Shown here: piece after piece, positions 17,119 to 24,588 of the stretch | Layout of the letters: every line of letters begins with the position of its first letter | Numbering within the stretch: position 1 is the stretch's first letter | IMG/VR virus record: IMGVR_UViG_3300022602_000055 | DNA length: 31,206 nt | From: an uncultured virus (IMG/VR IMGVR_UViG_3300022602_000055) | Taxonomy: Duplodnaviria > Heunggongvirae > Uroviricota > Caudoviricetes | Reading direction: 5' to 3' (one strand) | Position numbers and translations under genes: made by a program | The notes under the pieces: model-generated | Database searches by the model: none | Told to the model about the DNA's origin: nothing | The model's input: the letters and a program-made list of their open reading frames with translations, nothing else

Positions 17119-17984
17119 TCATTAGCCTTAGCCACCATAGACGTGTAAGTAGCCGCATCAATACCTTTGCCCTTTGAAGCTTTAAGCCCTGGGTATAGCC
17201 CTTGATAGACAGGGATTAGAGCAATCTCTTCCTCAGTCAAAACACTTGATACAAGGTTTGCAGGCATCAACCCAGCGTTAGCTAAAGCTTTGGCTACTAC
17301 TATCTCTACCTTGCCTTTTGCCCCCGCTTTAAACACAGAGGAGCCAGGGAACGGAGGAGCAACGATTACTGTAGGTTTAGTCGTAGGAATTGGGGCTGGA
17401 GTATTTGAAGTATGGATAGCTGCTACACCACCACCTGTAAGCGCTGTAGCTCCTGCCACACCTGCTGCAAGACCTTTATTCTGTCCAAGAGATTTAGTAG
17501 GAGTAGAGCTTCCAATATAGGCAGGACGAGCGATAGCCATCACATATAGATAAGGACGATGGCGCCTATAGCATCCATCCCCGTTTGCTTGGTTTCCTGT
17601 ATAAGACTCTGGACCTGTGTTGAAGCCTATTGTGGTTAGTCCGTCTTTAGAAGCACCTTCGACAATCTCTACGTGGTCCGCAACGCCATTTCCTGACCAG
17701 GAAAAAAATACAATATCCCCTGGAAGTGCAGAGTACTTGTCAACAATACGCTTGTTCTTTTGGAACCAAGTAAGACCCGCAGGGCAGTAGGAGAAGCCTT
17801 TAGGAGTTTGAGCAGCGACAAGGTGGGAGGCATTTGCTTGGGCAAATACCCAGCTAACTCCCATCGCGCAATAGCTCTCGTTAGGAATCCCATACCAAGA
17901 CCCGTATGGGTTCTCGTTATTAGGTCCTTCGACAAACCCAATCTGAGTACGAGCAATGTTTACGATGTCAACGCCAGAAGTCAT
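17115..17984 (-). CDS. Endolysin, CHAP amidase/peptidase
   Basis: ARTQIGFVEGPNNEN.YG.WYG, YCAMGVSWVF (catalytic Cys), PGDIVFF, HVEIV (catalytic His); C-terminal PFPG.. cell-wall-binding-like region. Confidence 0.85.
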   Translation of the reverse strand: MTSGVDIVNIARTQIGFVEGPNNENPYGSWYGIPNESYCAMGVSWVFAQANASHLVAAQTPKGFSYCPAGLTWFQKNKRIVDKYSALPGDIVFFSWSGNGVADHVEIVEGASKDGLTTIGFNTGPESYTGNQANGDGCYRRHRPYLYVMAIARPAYIGSSTPTKSLGQNKGLAAGVAGATALTGGGVAAIHTSNTPAPIPTTKPTVIVAPPFPGSSVFKAGAKGKVEIVVAKALANAGLMPANLVSSVLTEEEIALIPVYQGLYPGLKASKGKGIDAATYTSMVAKANE

Positions 17985-18421
17985 TATTCGCCATCCTTAA
18001 TTACCTCAGCTGCTGGAGCGGTACCAGCCTTACGAAATCTAAAAGTTTCCCACAGCGGTGCAGGAATCTCGTGAATACCAAATCTAGTTCTGTGATGTGC
18101 AGAACAAAGCACTTCAAGGTTTCCTGGGGACTCAATCCATTCTTGAAAATCTTCATCATTTTCAAAATGAAGACCAAATGCCTGTTCAATTTTATGCGGG
18201 TCCATATCGTTGATTTGACTGAACTCTACAAAACTGTGGTGCAGTTCTGGACCACCAGAGCATAGGTCATCATCAATAATGCACTTCCACAAACCTTGCC
18301 GTTTAATCCTTGCCTTAGCTTGATTGAATAAGTGATAGTGCGGGTCGCTCTCACGCGGCTCATGCTCAGGAACCGATACAGCGAGGTGAAGATTCATTTT
18401 CTGCTTATGCGCATCTGTCAC
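17984..18421 (-). CDS. HNH-like Zn-binding protein
   Basis: C.....C....ELHH ... NLEVLCSAHHR...GIH. Confidence 0.6.
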   Translation of the reverse strand: MTDAHKQKMNLHLAVSVPEHEPRESDPHYHLFNQAKARIKRQGLWKCIIDDDLCSGGPELHHSFVEFSQINDMDPHKIEQAFGLHFENDEDFQEWIESPGNLEVLCSAHHRTRFGIHEIPAPLWETFRFRKAGTAPAAEVIKDGE

Positions 18422-18921
18422 TGGTAAATCAATCTTTCAGCTAAGTCGCCTGGGACCACTAGGTAGTCAGGCTTGTCCAGTAAAGAGATTCCAGCTTTAT
18501 CGTAAGCTTCAGCAACAAGCTCAGAACAGATAAAGCCATCTTTCCTAGCTAAGTAAGTAAAGAAGGGTAGGTTTATCTTTAAGCCTAAGATTCTTAAAGC
18601 TAGCAAAGAAATAGTGAAGAAGTCGTAGGGACGCCCTACAAAAGACTCAGCCGCCTCTGCAATTTTGATTCGCTCAATAGGGGTAAGCATTTCGTGCTTA
18701 TTCCATGCTATGTTCTTGTAGTCAGAGATATTTACTATCTTTACCCCAGTAGGGTCGGCGCTAACGGCTTTGCCTTCTCCAATGTAGACAATAGCGTGGT
18801 TCCACCTGCTCGTCGTTCCTAGACGGATTAGCAGCCCAAAGAACCCATTAGTCTTTACAACGCCGTAATCTCCAATTCTAGGCTCATACGCGCTAAGCTC
18901 TTCTAACACCCTCTTCAACAT
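18418..18921 (-). CDS. Permuted papain-like NlpC/P60 amidase (YiiX/YaeF family)
   Basis: GD...IR..T.SRWNHAIVYIG; GRPYDF; FICSELVAEAY; PGDL. Confidence 0.85.
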   Translation of the reverse strand: MLKRVLEELSAYEPRIGDYGVVKTNGFFGLLIRLGTTSRWNHAIVYIGEGKAVSADPTGVKIVNISDYKNIAWNKHEMLTPIERIKIAEAAESFVGRPYDFFTISLLALRILGLKINLPFFTYLARKDGFICSELVAEAYDKAGISLLDKPDYLVVPGDLAERLIYQ

Positions 18922-19243
18922 GAGCCTGTACCCGCCCTTCTAGCCTAGATAAGTCCTTAACTACCTCAATTTGATGTGTTCGAAGTTCTTTGACATCTGC
19001 CTTAACTTCAGCAATATCTTCTTTTAAGCTTTTGACGATGGGAAGTATTTGTAGTTTAATCGCATCGCTGACAGAGCTGCCGTGATTAGGTTTGAGCTCT
19101 TCTAAGCTTGGGCGCATCTCTTCCATGTACTCTTTAAAGGCTTCTGTTGAGTGCTGTCTTACATACCAGCGAGCAATCCCACCAACAGTACCTGCAATAA
19201 ATAGAGATGATGAGGCTGTCGCCACAATTGTTGCTGCGTCCAT
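18893..19243 (-). CDS. Membrane-anchored coiled-coil protein (lysis-associated)
   Basis: N-terminal TM, ELKPNHGSSVSDAI motif, coiled coil; first gene of lysis operon. Confidence 0.65.
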   Translation of the reverse strand: MDAATIVATASSSLFIAGTVGGIARWYVRQHSTEAFKEYMEEMRPSLEELKPNHGSSVSDAIKLQILPIVKSLKEDIAEVKADVKELRTHQIEVVKDLSRLEGRVQAHVEEGVRRA

Positions 19244-19265
19244 TAGACCCCCGAAATAGTAGTTG

Positions 19266-19296
19266 CTTACGCGGGGTAGTTGTCCAAATAATGTAT
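19266..19296 (-). promoter_or_regulatory. Conserved 5' leader element, copy 2 (TTGGACAACTACCCCG)
   Basis: 14/16 identity to 10421..10436. Confidence 0.55.
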
Positions 19297-19317
19297 CTCA
19301 ATGCGTGTAATACACTA

Positions 19318-19353
19318 ATTTTTACACATAAAACAAAAATTATCAGGGTAAAT
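19318..19353 (-). promoter_or_regulatory. Predicted lysis promoter ATTTA-N25-AAAAAT
   Basis: ATTTACCCTGATA...AAAAAT parallels GTTTAGCCTGACA...AAAAAT at 10477..10512. Confidence 0.6.
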
Positions 19354-19366
19354 AAGTATTCTCAAG

Positions 19367-19397
19367 TTGACACGGGTATGTAACTCTGTGGTAACTT
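19367..19397 (+). promoter_or_regulatory. Predicted sigmaA-like promoter for SLT-whiB island
   Basis: TTGACA, 19-nt spacer, extended -10 TGgTAACTT. Confidence 0.5.
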
Positions 19398-19408
19398 AGA
19401 GAAGTGTT

Positions 19409-19432
19409 AAACCACCGTTAAGGTGGTTTTTT
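19409..19432 (+). terminator. Terminator-like hairpin in leader of SLT gene
   Basis: AAACCACC-GTTAA-GGTGGTTT followed by TTT. Confidence 0.6.
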
Positions 19433-19451
19433 CATTTTGAGAGGAGCAATA

Positions 19452-19985
19452 ATGCTTAATATCAGAATCAACGTCACTATCGACGTTAAAAAGTGGGCGA
19501 CTGCCCTTGCAACATTTGCACTAGTAATCGGACATATGATTACTCCAGCACAGGCTGTAGCACCAGAAGTATATAAGTTCAAGACTTCTTTTGATGCAAT
19601 TCCCGCAACTGTGCATCTTACATATTTAAATGTAACGGCAACTAAACAACAAGCAGCCGATGCTATTACAAGCCCTTATGCTAAATACTTTGACCCAGAA
19701 GCTCTGGCATTTTTAACTGTTTATGCAAAAGGTCAAACTTTGCAGGAATGGAAGTGCTTGGATACACTCTGGAACCATGAAAGCCATTTCAACCCTAAGG
19801 CTCTTAATATGGGTTCAAAGGCATACGGCATAGCTCAATTCCTACCTACAACGTGGGGAAACTATAAGTTAACTAAAACAAGTAGCGCTGCTTTACAAAT
19901 TAAATACGGATTACATTATATTAAAGCGAGATATGGAGACGCATGTAGTGCATGGGCTTTCTGGCAAAAACACAGTTGGTATTAA
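19452..19985 (+). CDS. Secreted lytic transglycosylase (SLT/lysozyme-like, actinobacterial type)
   Basis: GAGGAG RBS then ATG 19452; signal-like N-terminus; CL..LWNHES.FNP.A, AYGIAQF, QI.YGL.YI..RYG..C.AW...SWY. Confidence 0.88.
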   Translation: MLNIRINVTIDVKKWATALATFALVIGHMITPAQAVAPEVYKFKTSFDAIPATVHLTYLNVTATKQQAADAITSPYAKYFDPEALAFLTVYAKGQTLQEWKCLDTLWNHESHFNPKALNMGSKAYGIAQFLPTTWGNYKLTKTSSAALQIKYGLHYIKARYGDACSAWAFWQKHSWY

Positions 19986-20226
19986 CGCCCCTACATTTGA
20001 CGGTTCACAGTTATGCAGTCAAACAGACCCAGAAATATTTTTTCCAGAGATGGACACATCTCCAAGTATTGTCAGGGCTGCAAAGAACATCTGCCGTAGA
20101 TGTCACTTTCAAGAACCTTGTCTAGAGTACGCTCTACGGACAGTTCCAATAGGAATCTGGGGGGGTACTTCAGATAAGGAAAGGCAAGAGCTCAGAAGGC
20201 TTAGAAAGCAAAAAGCCGCCCTTTAG
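19933..20226 (+). CDS. whiB: WhiB-family Fe-S transcription regulator
   Basis: C...DPEIFFP...AK.IC..C....C; GIWGG turn; basic tail RRLRKQK; start uncertain. Confidence 0.95.
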   Translation: METHVVHGLSGKNTVGINAPTFDGSQLCSQTDPEIFFPEMDTSPSIVRAAKNICRRCHFQEPCLEYALRTVPIGIWGGTSDKERQELRRLRKQKAAL

Positions 20227-20238
20227 GGGCGGCTTTTT
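20210..20238. terminator. Bidirectional intrinsic terminator
   Basis: AAAAAGCCGCCC-TTTAG-GGGCGGCTTTTT between convergent genes. Confidence 0.9.
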
Positions 20239-20251
20239 GTTTGGGTTGGGA

Positions 20252-22057
20252 TTAACCAAAGACGTTGAATGTTCCGTCTTGAGTTCCTGCATTTTCACCA
20301 GTTGTTTGCTTGTAGACAACAATGTTTACAAGGGTTCCAAGGGTCTGTGAGCCTGTTAAAGCTTGGCTATAGACTGTTCCAGCGTTGTTAGCTGTAGCAC
20401 CAGTTGTACGGTAGGTGATAGTTCCAGTGTTGAAACCAACAACTCCGAGCTGACGGTCAGCTTCTTTAACTGTCAAACCAGTGATGGTTGGAACAGTTGC
20501 TGTTGAAGCAGAAGCTGCGATTGTTACAGTTGCGGTACCATTGACACCTGTAAGGGTTGTCAATGTTGGGTCAGATGTAATTGTGATGCTGCTTGCTGTA
20601 CCCGTGATGGTGAAGGTAGTTGATGTTGCAGCAGTAATAACATAGCTAGCGTTGTATTGTCCAAAGCCAGTTGTTGAGTTACCAGCTGCGTCAGTTACTG
20701 GGTAGTAAGTCTTCAATGGAGCATTGAAGTATGAAGGGTTAGTGAATGTAGGCGCGTAGTACTGGGTACCAATCGGCTGAGTTGAGCCAGCTGATACGTA
20801 GTTGTACAAACCTGTGATGCTAACGGTTTGTCCAGTGCTGAAGTTGTTGTTAGCGGTGAATACGAGAGTTCCGCCAGCAGCAGATGTATAAGTTACGCCA
20901 GTAATCTTAGCGACCAAGTATGAGCCTTGGTTGAAGTTACCTTGTGTACTAGTTGGTTTGTAAGATGTTTGGTTGTTAAGAGGGAACGCATCGTAGTTGT
21001 TCAAGAAGTTTTCTGCGTTACCATTTGGAACTGTGATAGGTCCAACTGGTCCTACGTTGAGTGTCAACTGGGTCTCTGTCAATGGAATTGAAGCAAAGTC
21101 AGTTGTCTTAGACCAGCCGTAGTCAGCGCCAATACCTGGAAGGGTATACTCGTTAACTGTTGCAGTACCAGTCTGAGTAGTAAGAGCTGCAGAAGGAAGC
21201 GTCTGGCTAGCAGTTACGACAGGGGTTACTGTGAACTGTGTCGCAGAAGATGATGCAACAGTACCTGTGAGGTTGTAACCAGAAGATACTGAAGCAGTTG
21301 CGCTACCGAATGATGGTGAACCAACAGTGATAGATGCTGGAGAAGCTACAGCAGCGGTGAAGCTGGTGTTAGCAACAACTGCGCTTACGTACCATACACC
21401 GTTAAGAGTACCTGTTGTTACGCCTGTGATACCAGCGATGGTAACAACAGAACCAACAACGATACCAGTAGTGTTTGCTGTGCTGAAGGTAACAGTTGTA
21501 GAAGAGCCAGAACCAGATGCAGAAGCTGCGGTAATGGTAGGTGTAGCGGTTGCACCAAGACCAGTGGTTGTAACTGTCTGACCTGTAAGGAAAGAGTTTG
21601 CAGCAGTGTATGTGATTGTTCCGCTTGAGTTAGACGCTGCTGTTACAGTAGCTGTCTCAGCGTCTCCATAAGCAGAGCCTGTGGTTCCGCCAGATAGATT
21701 GTAGGTAAAGCCAGAAGCAAGACCAGTGGTTGAGTTTGTTACTGCGGTTCCTACAACGGTGCTGGCTACAGTAAATTGGCTACCTGAAGCTGATGCGATA
21801 ACAGCATCTACGAGGTTAAAGGTGACTGTGGAAAGTCCGCTGACAGTAACCTTCTGTCCAGCGGTAAAAGAGTTAGTAGCTGTGTATGTGATGACGCTAC
21901 CATTGGAAGAGGCTGCTGTAACTGCTACAGATGCTGTTCCAGAACGGTCATCATTGGTTTGAGGAGGAACGTTACCCCAAACGAAATCGACGGCTACGTT
22001 ACCTGTTTGCTGTACGCCAGTATAGGTTTTATAGCCAGAATCGCGAATGACTGCCAT
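20252..22057 (-). CDS. Ser/Thr-rich putative virion protein with repeated beta domains and C-terminal PASTA domain
   Basis: Four ITA/VTA...F..GQ.V...GL...N...FT repeats; VPTITGLTVKEADRQL..GF...GTVYSQ...GTLVNIVVY PASTA pattern. Confidence 0.75.
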   Translation of the reverse strand: MAVIRDSGYKTYTGVQQTGNVAVDFVWGNVPPQTNDDRSGTASVAVTAASSNGSVITYTATNSFTAGQKVTVSGLSTVTFNLVDAVIASASGSQFTVASTVVGTAVTNSTTGLASGFTYNLSGGTTGSAYGDAETATVTAASNSSGTITYTAANSFLTGQTVTTTGLGATATPTITAASASGSGSSTTVTFSTANTTGIVVGSVVTIAGITGVTTGTLNGVWYVSAVVANTSFTAAVASPASITVGSPSFGSATASVSSGYNLTGTVASSSATQFTVTPVVTASQTLPSAALTTQTGTATVNEYTLPGIGADYGWSKTTDFASIPLTETQLTLNVGPVGPITVPNGNAENFLNNYDAFPLNNQTSYKPTSTQGNFNQGSYLVAKITGVTYTSAAGGTLVFTANNNFSTGQTVSITGLYNYVSAGSTQPIGTQYYAPTFTNPSYFNAPLKTYYPVTDAAGNSTTGFGQYNASYVITAATSTTFTITGTASSITITSDPTLTTLTGVNGTATVTIAASASTATVPTITGLTVKEADRQLGVVGFNTGTITYRTTGATANNAGTVYSQALTGSQTLGTLVNIVVYKQTTGENAGTQDGTFNVFG

Positions 22058-22106
22058 TATGTTTCCTGTTCTCTAGAGAAAATCCCCGTGCACTGGGGTT
22101 GTCTCT

Positions 22107-22142
22107 AGTATCCAACAGGATTATCTGACTGTCAGGATTAAC
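22107..22142 (-). promoter_or_regulatory. Predicted phage promoter GTTAA-N25-GATACT (CTGACA -35)
   Basis: One-mismatch box at the same spacing; contains palindrome CTGAC-A-GTCAG. Confidence 0.6.
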
Positions 22143-23112
22143 GATTGTATTCTTTAGGTATATACCATTCGAAATATGGTCCGTATTTAGGATGACATTG
22201 GGTATAAGCCTGAAACTTCTTTAGTTTCTCACTGTTGTCAGGATTATTGATGAATTCCGAGTAAGACTTAGATGTAGCCTTAGTATAGTTTTCCCTGTCC
22301 TTGGGGGTATCAGGCACGTTTCTAGCTCTCCAAGAAGGGTCGTCAGAGCCTACGTCATCCCTATCATGGACATCATTTACAAACAGGTGCGCCAATGGGA
22401 TGTACTGATTAGGGAATACCAAAGAGAAGCCATCGCTGACTAGGTTTATTGTTTGAAACAGCTCTTCTTCAAAGAAGACTGTGGTTTCAGGAAGACTGTT
22501 ACTCAAGGCAAAGTGTCTATTTCCAAATATGAACTGGGCGTTAACTTTGACGCAAGGGATGAACGGGTCGGTAGGGCGGAACCGCTCAGGCATACGCTTT
22601 ATCTCTGTATCAGTCCACATTGGCAGCTCTGGTATCTCCATCCAACGTTGGAACCAGAAGAATGGGTATTTGCCAAGACCTTCGTCAAACTGCAGACGAC
22701 CCTGCTCTTCAGTGTGGGTATATCTAGACAGGTATGAAGAGAGGACAGTTTTTTCATTATTTGTTTCTTTAAGCGCCTCGTCATACATCTTTACTAGGAT
22801 GGTGTCCCAGCTAGGAGCAAAAAATGTGTGGGAATCTACTTGAAGCACATAATCCTCATTGTCATAAAAAGACGAGGCTTTGTTTCTTCCGTAGCCTATA
22901 TTAAGACCCTCATCTATCCCCTTAAACAGCCCATGTCTAACATTGGGATAGATGCTTAAAAAGTCTAGATGGTCTTCATAAAACTTTGAGTTTGTCATAA
23001 ATGGTAAGCCGATATATACATCCTCTGGTTTATCAGCGTTATCAAACGCCTGCATTACTGTGTACTTAGTTTGATTATCAAGCAACGTTGGTAGTGCTAT
23101 GTAAATCGACAT
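22138..23112 (-). CDS. GT-A glycosyltransferase, GlcNAc/Skp1-Gnt1-like
   Basis: IYIAL; A..PE.VYIG; GR...YDNEDYVLQVDSHTFF..WD; AQFIFG; FFEEE; AHLF. Confidence 0.8.
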   Translation of the reverse strand: MSIYIALPTLLDNQTKYTVMQAFDNADKPEDVYIGLPFMTNSKFYEDHLDFLSIYPNVRHGLFKGIDEGLNIGYGRNKASSFYDNEDYVLQVDSHTFFAPSWDTILVKMYDEALKETNNEKTVLSSYLSRYTHTEEQGRLQFDEGLGKYPFFWFQRWMEIPELPMWTDTEIKRMPERFRPTDPFIPCVKVNAQFIFGNRHFALSNSLPETTVFFEEELFQTINLVSDGFSLVFPNQYIPLAHLFVNDVHDRDDVGSDDPSWRARNVPDTPKDRENYTKATSKSYSEFINNPDNSEKLKKFQAYTQCHPKYGPYFEWYIPKEYNR

Positions 23113-23387
23113 TATTCTCCAGGGTATTCGTTCCCGACAACAATGTCAGGCTTGTCAGTTATATCTACAAATGTTGGCTGAGCTAAAAACATAGCCGCGT
23201 ATTGGTTATTTGCCTGAATAGTCTCCATGACTCTTCCGTTCAAGATTACTCCTAAACGAACTCCTCCTGGAACATCTGCTCTGGACATTGCATCCTTAGG
23301 AGGACCATGACCCTCGACATCGTTATGGTGGTGATGACCATGTGCAGAGAGCTCTTCAAGCTTCTTATAGTTACGCCGTTTGAACAT
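23112..23387 (-). CDS. Small fibre-associated protein with His tract; paralog of 24326..24571
   Basis: HGHHHHND; RLGVILNGRV...AAMFLAQPTFVDI. Confidence 0.65.
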   Translation of the reverse strand: MFKRRNYKKLEELSAHGHHHHNDVEGHGPPKDAMSRADVPGGVRLGVILNGRVMETIQANNQYAAMFLAQPTFVDITDKPDIVVGNEYPGE

Positions 23388-23388
23388 T

Positions 23389-23619
23389 TTATTCCTTAAT
23401 ACTCACGTAGATTTGACCCCATTTTCCTTCAGGACACTCTGCATTAACAAGCTTGGTCTTTGCTGTCATAATGCACTTGCAAACCTTACACTGCTGAGTT
23501 AATTTTATGAACTTATCGCAGCTTCTGCAGATTTCCATGCGCTCATCAAAGGTCTCTTTAGGAATATTATTTAAGTTTTTATTAAAAATATCCCAAGGTC
23601 TGGCTGGGCGTTCTGACAT
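23389..23619 (-). CDS. Cys-rich small protein (DUF6171-like)
   Basis: ERMEICRSC...QCKVCKC...K......CPEGKW. Confidence 0.75.
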   Translation of the reverse strand: MSERPARPWDIFNKNLNNIPKETFDERMEICRSCDKFIKLTQQCKVCKCIMTAKTKLVNAECPEGKWGQIYVSIKE

Positions 23620-24302
23620 TAGAACTCCTTAACTTTTCTCCAAAGCTTCCTATAGACCCCATTTTCAGCCCTAAGAACTGGGCTTACATCTACCGCTCTA
23701 TCTGTGGATAGCCAATCTTGAACAAGACTCCATGTAGCTCTTTTAAATGGAATTAGCTGGGCGATGGGGGTTCCAGCAGGAATGACTCCTTCAAAACCTT
23801 CTCTAATAAAGAATGGGATGTTGCCCCAGTTGAAGAACTCGTCGGAGTCAACCACTCCAGACATTGTCGTAAAAGGAAGTTCAAACCTGTTTAATGGGTG
23901 AGTAACAGCAACACTGTATCCTTTAGGAACTTTCCAACCCCACTGACAATTCCAGACAAGGTGATTATTTAGATGACCTGAGGGTCTAGGAATGGTATGA
24001 CCGATTAGTCCTTTTCGTTCATTAACAACGTGGTAGTCGATTAAAGACTTATCCCAAGTTATAGACAGGTCACCATCTTCATTTTTAGACACTGTTACAT
24101 CTACAGGTACTACCAATGCGTATCCAAGAGTCATTGCATCTAAAAATGGCAGGCAAGTCTTCAGTCCAGAGATGTCTTTTCCATTTTCTTTGTAATACTT
24201 TTCCGCTCTTTTATACCACTCAGGAATTAGCTTCTTAAGGGGTATTGGCGCAGAGTGCTCTTTTTTTACTTGGGGACTAGGTATCACCTTGAATATCTTC
24301 AT
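23619..24302 (-). CDS. Conserved phage beta-rich protein (DUF6065-like/dUTPase-like fold), putative modification enzyme
   Basis: IPEWYK, KTCLPFLDAMTLGY, W..KVPKGYS...HPLN, SGVVDSD, IPAGTPIAQLIPFKR. Confidence 0.6.
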   Translation of the reverse strand: MKIFKVIPSPQVKKEHSAPIPLKKLIPEWYKRAEKYYKENGKDISGLKTCLPFLDAMTLGYALVVPVDVTVSKNEDGDLSITWDKSLIDYHVVNERKGLIGHTIPRPSGHLNNHLVWNCQWGWKVPKGYSVAVTHPLNRFELPFTTMSGVVDSDEFFNWGNIPFFIREGFEGVIPAGTPIAQLIPFKRATWSLVQDWLSTDRAVDVSPVLRAENGVYRKLWRKVKEF

Positions 24303-24325
24303 ATTATGCTCCGAATGTTTTAGTG

Positions 24326-24571
24326 TTACTTAGAAGTAGGTAAGGTGAACTTCTGTCCGTCGTACAAGAATCCTTCAGCTACATAGCTCTCTGGGTCTAC
24401 TTGGACAATTGTAGGGTTGCTTGTGATGATGGCTGCAGTACGACCATCAGTATTTAATACAAACACGACTACCCCATCAATAACATAAGCGAGGCGGTAA
24501 GGAAGAGCCTCAAAATCTGGAGGAGTAGACGGCTTTACCGTACTGATATCTGGAATTGGTTGAATTGCCAT
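24326..24571 (-). CDS. Small fibre-associated protein; paralog of 23112..23387
   Basis: RLAYVIDGVV...AAIITSNPTIVQV...GFLYDGQKF. Confidence 0.7.
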   Translation of the reverse strand: MAIQPIPDISTVKPSTPPDFEALPYRLAYVIDGVVVFVLNTDGRTAAIITSNPTIVQVDPESYVAEGFLYDGQKFTLPTSK

Positions 24572-24588
24572 AGTTTACCTAACTTCTG

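Noticed and set aside
19244..19451. c-di-AMP (ydaO) riboswitch upstream of the transglycosylase
   Set aside because: No recognisable consensus, and the AT-rich space is occupied by divergent promoters
22453..22843. Plus-strand ORFs inside the glycosyltransferase
   Set aside because: Antisense to a well-supported gene, with no motifs
23619..24302. Calling the 227-aa protein a true dUTPase
   Set aside because: Only partial resemblance (GVVDSD, IAQLI); the RSG motif and the C-terminal RG..GFGS motif are absent
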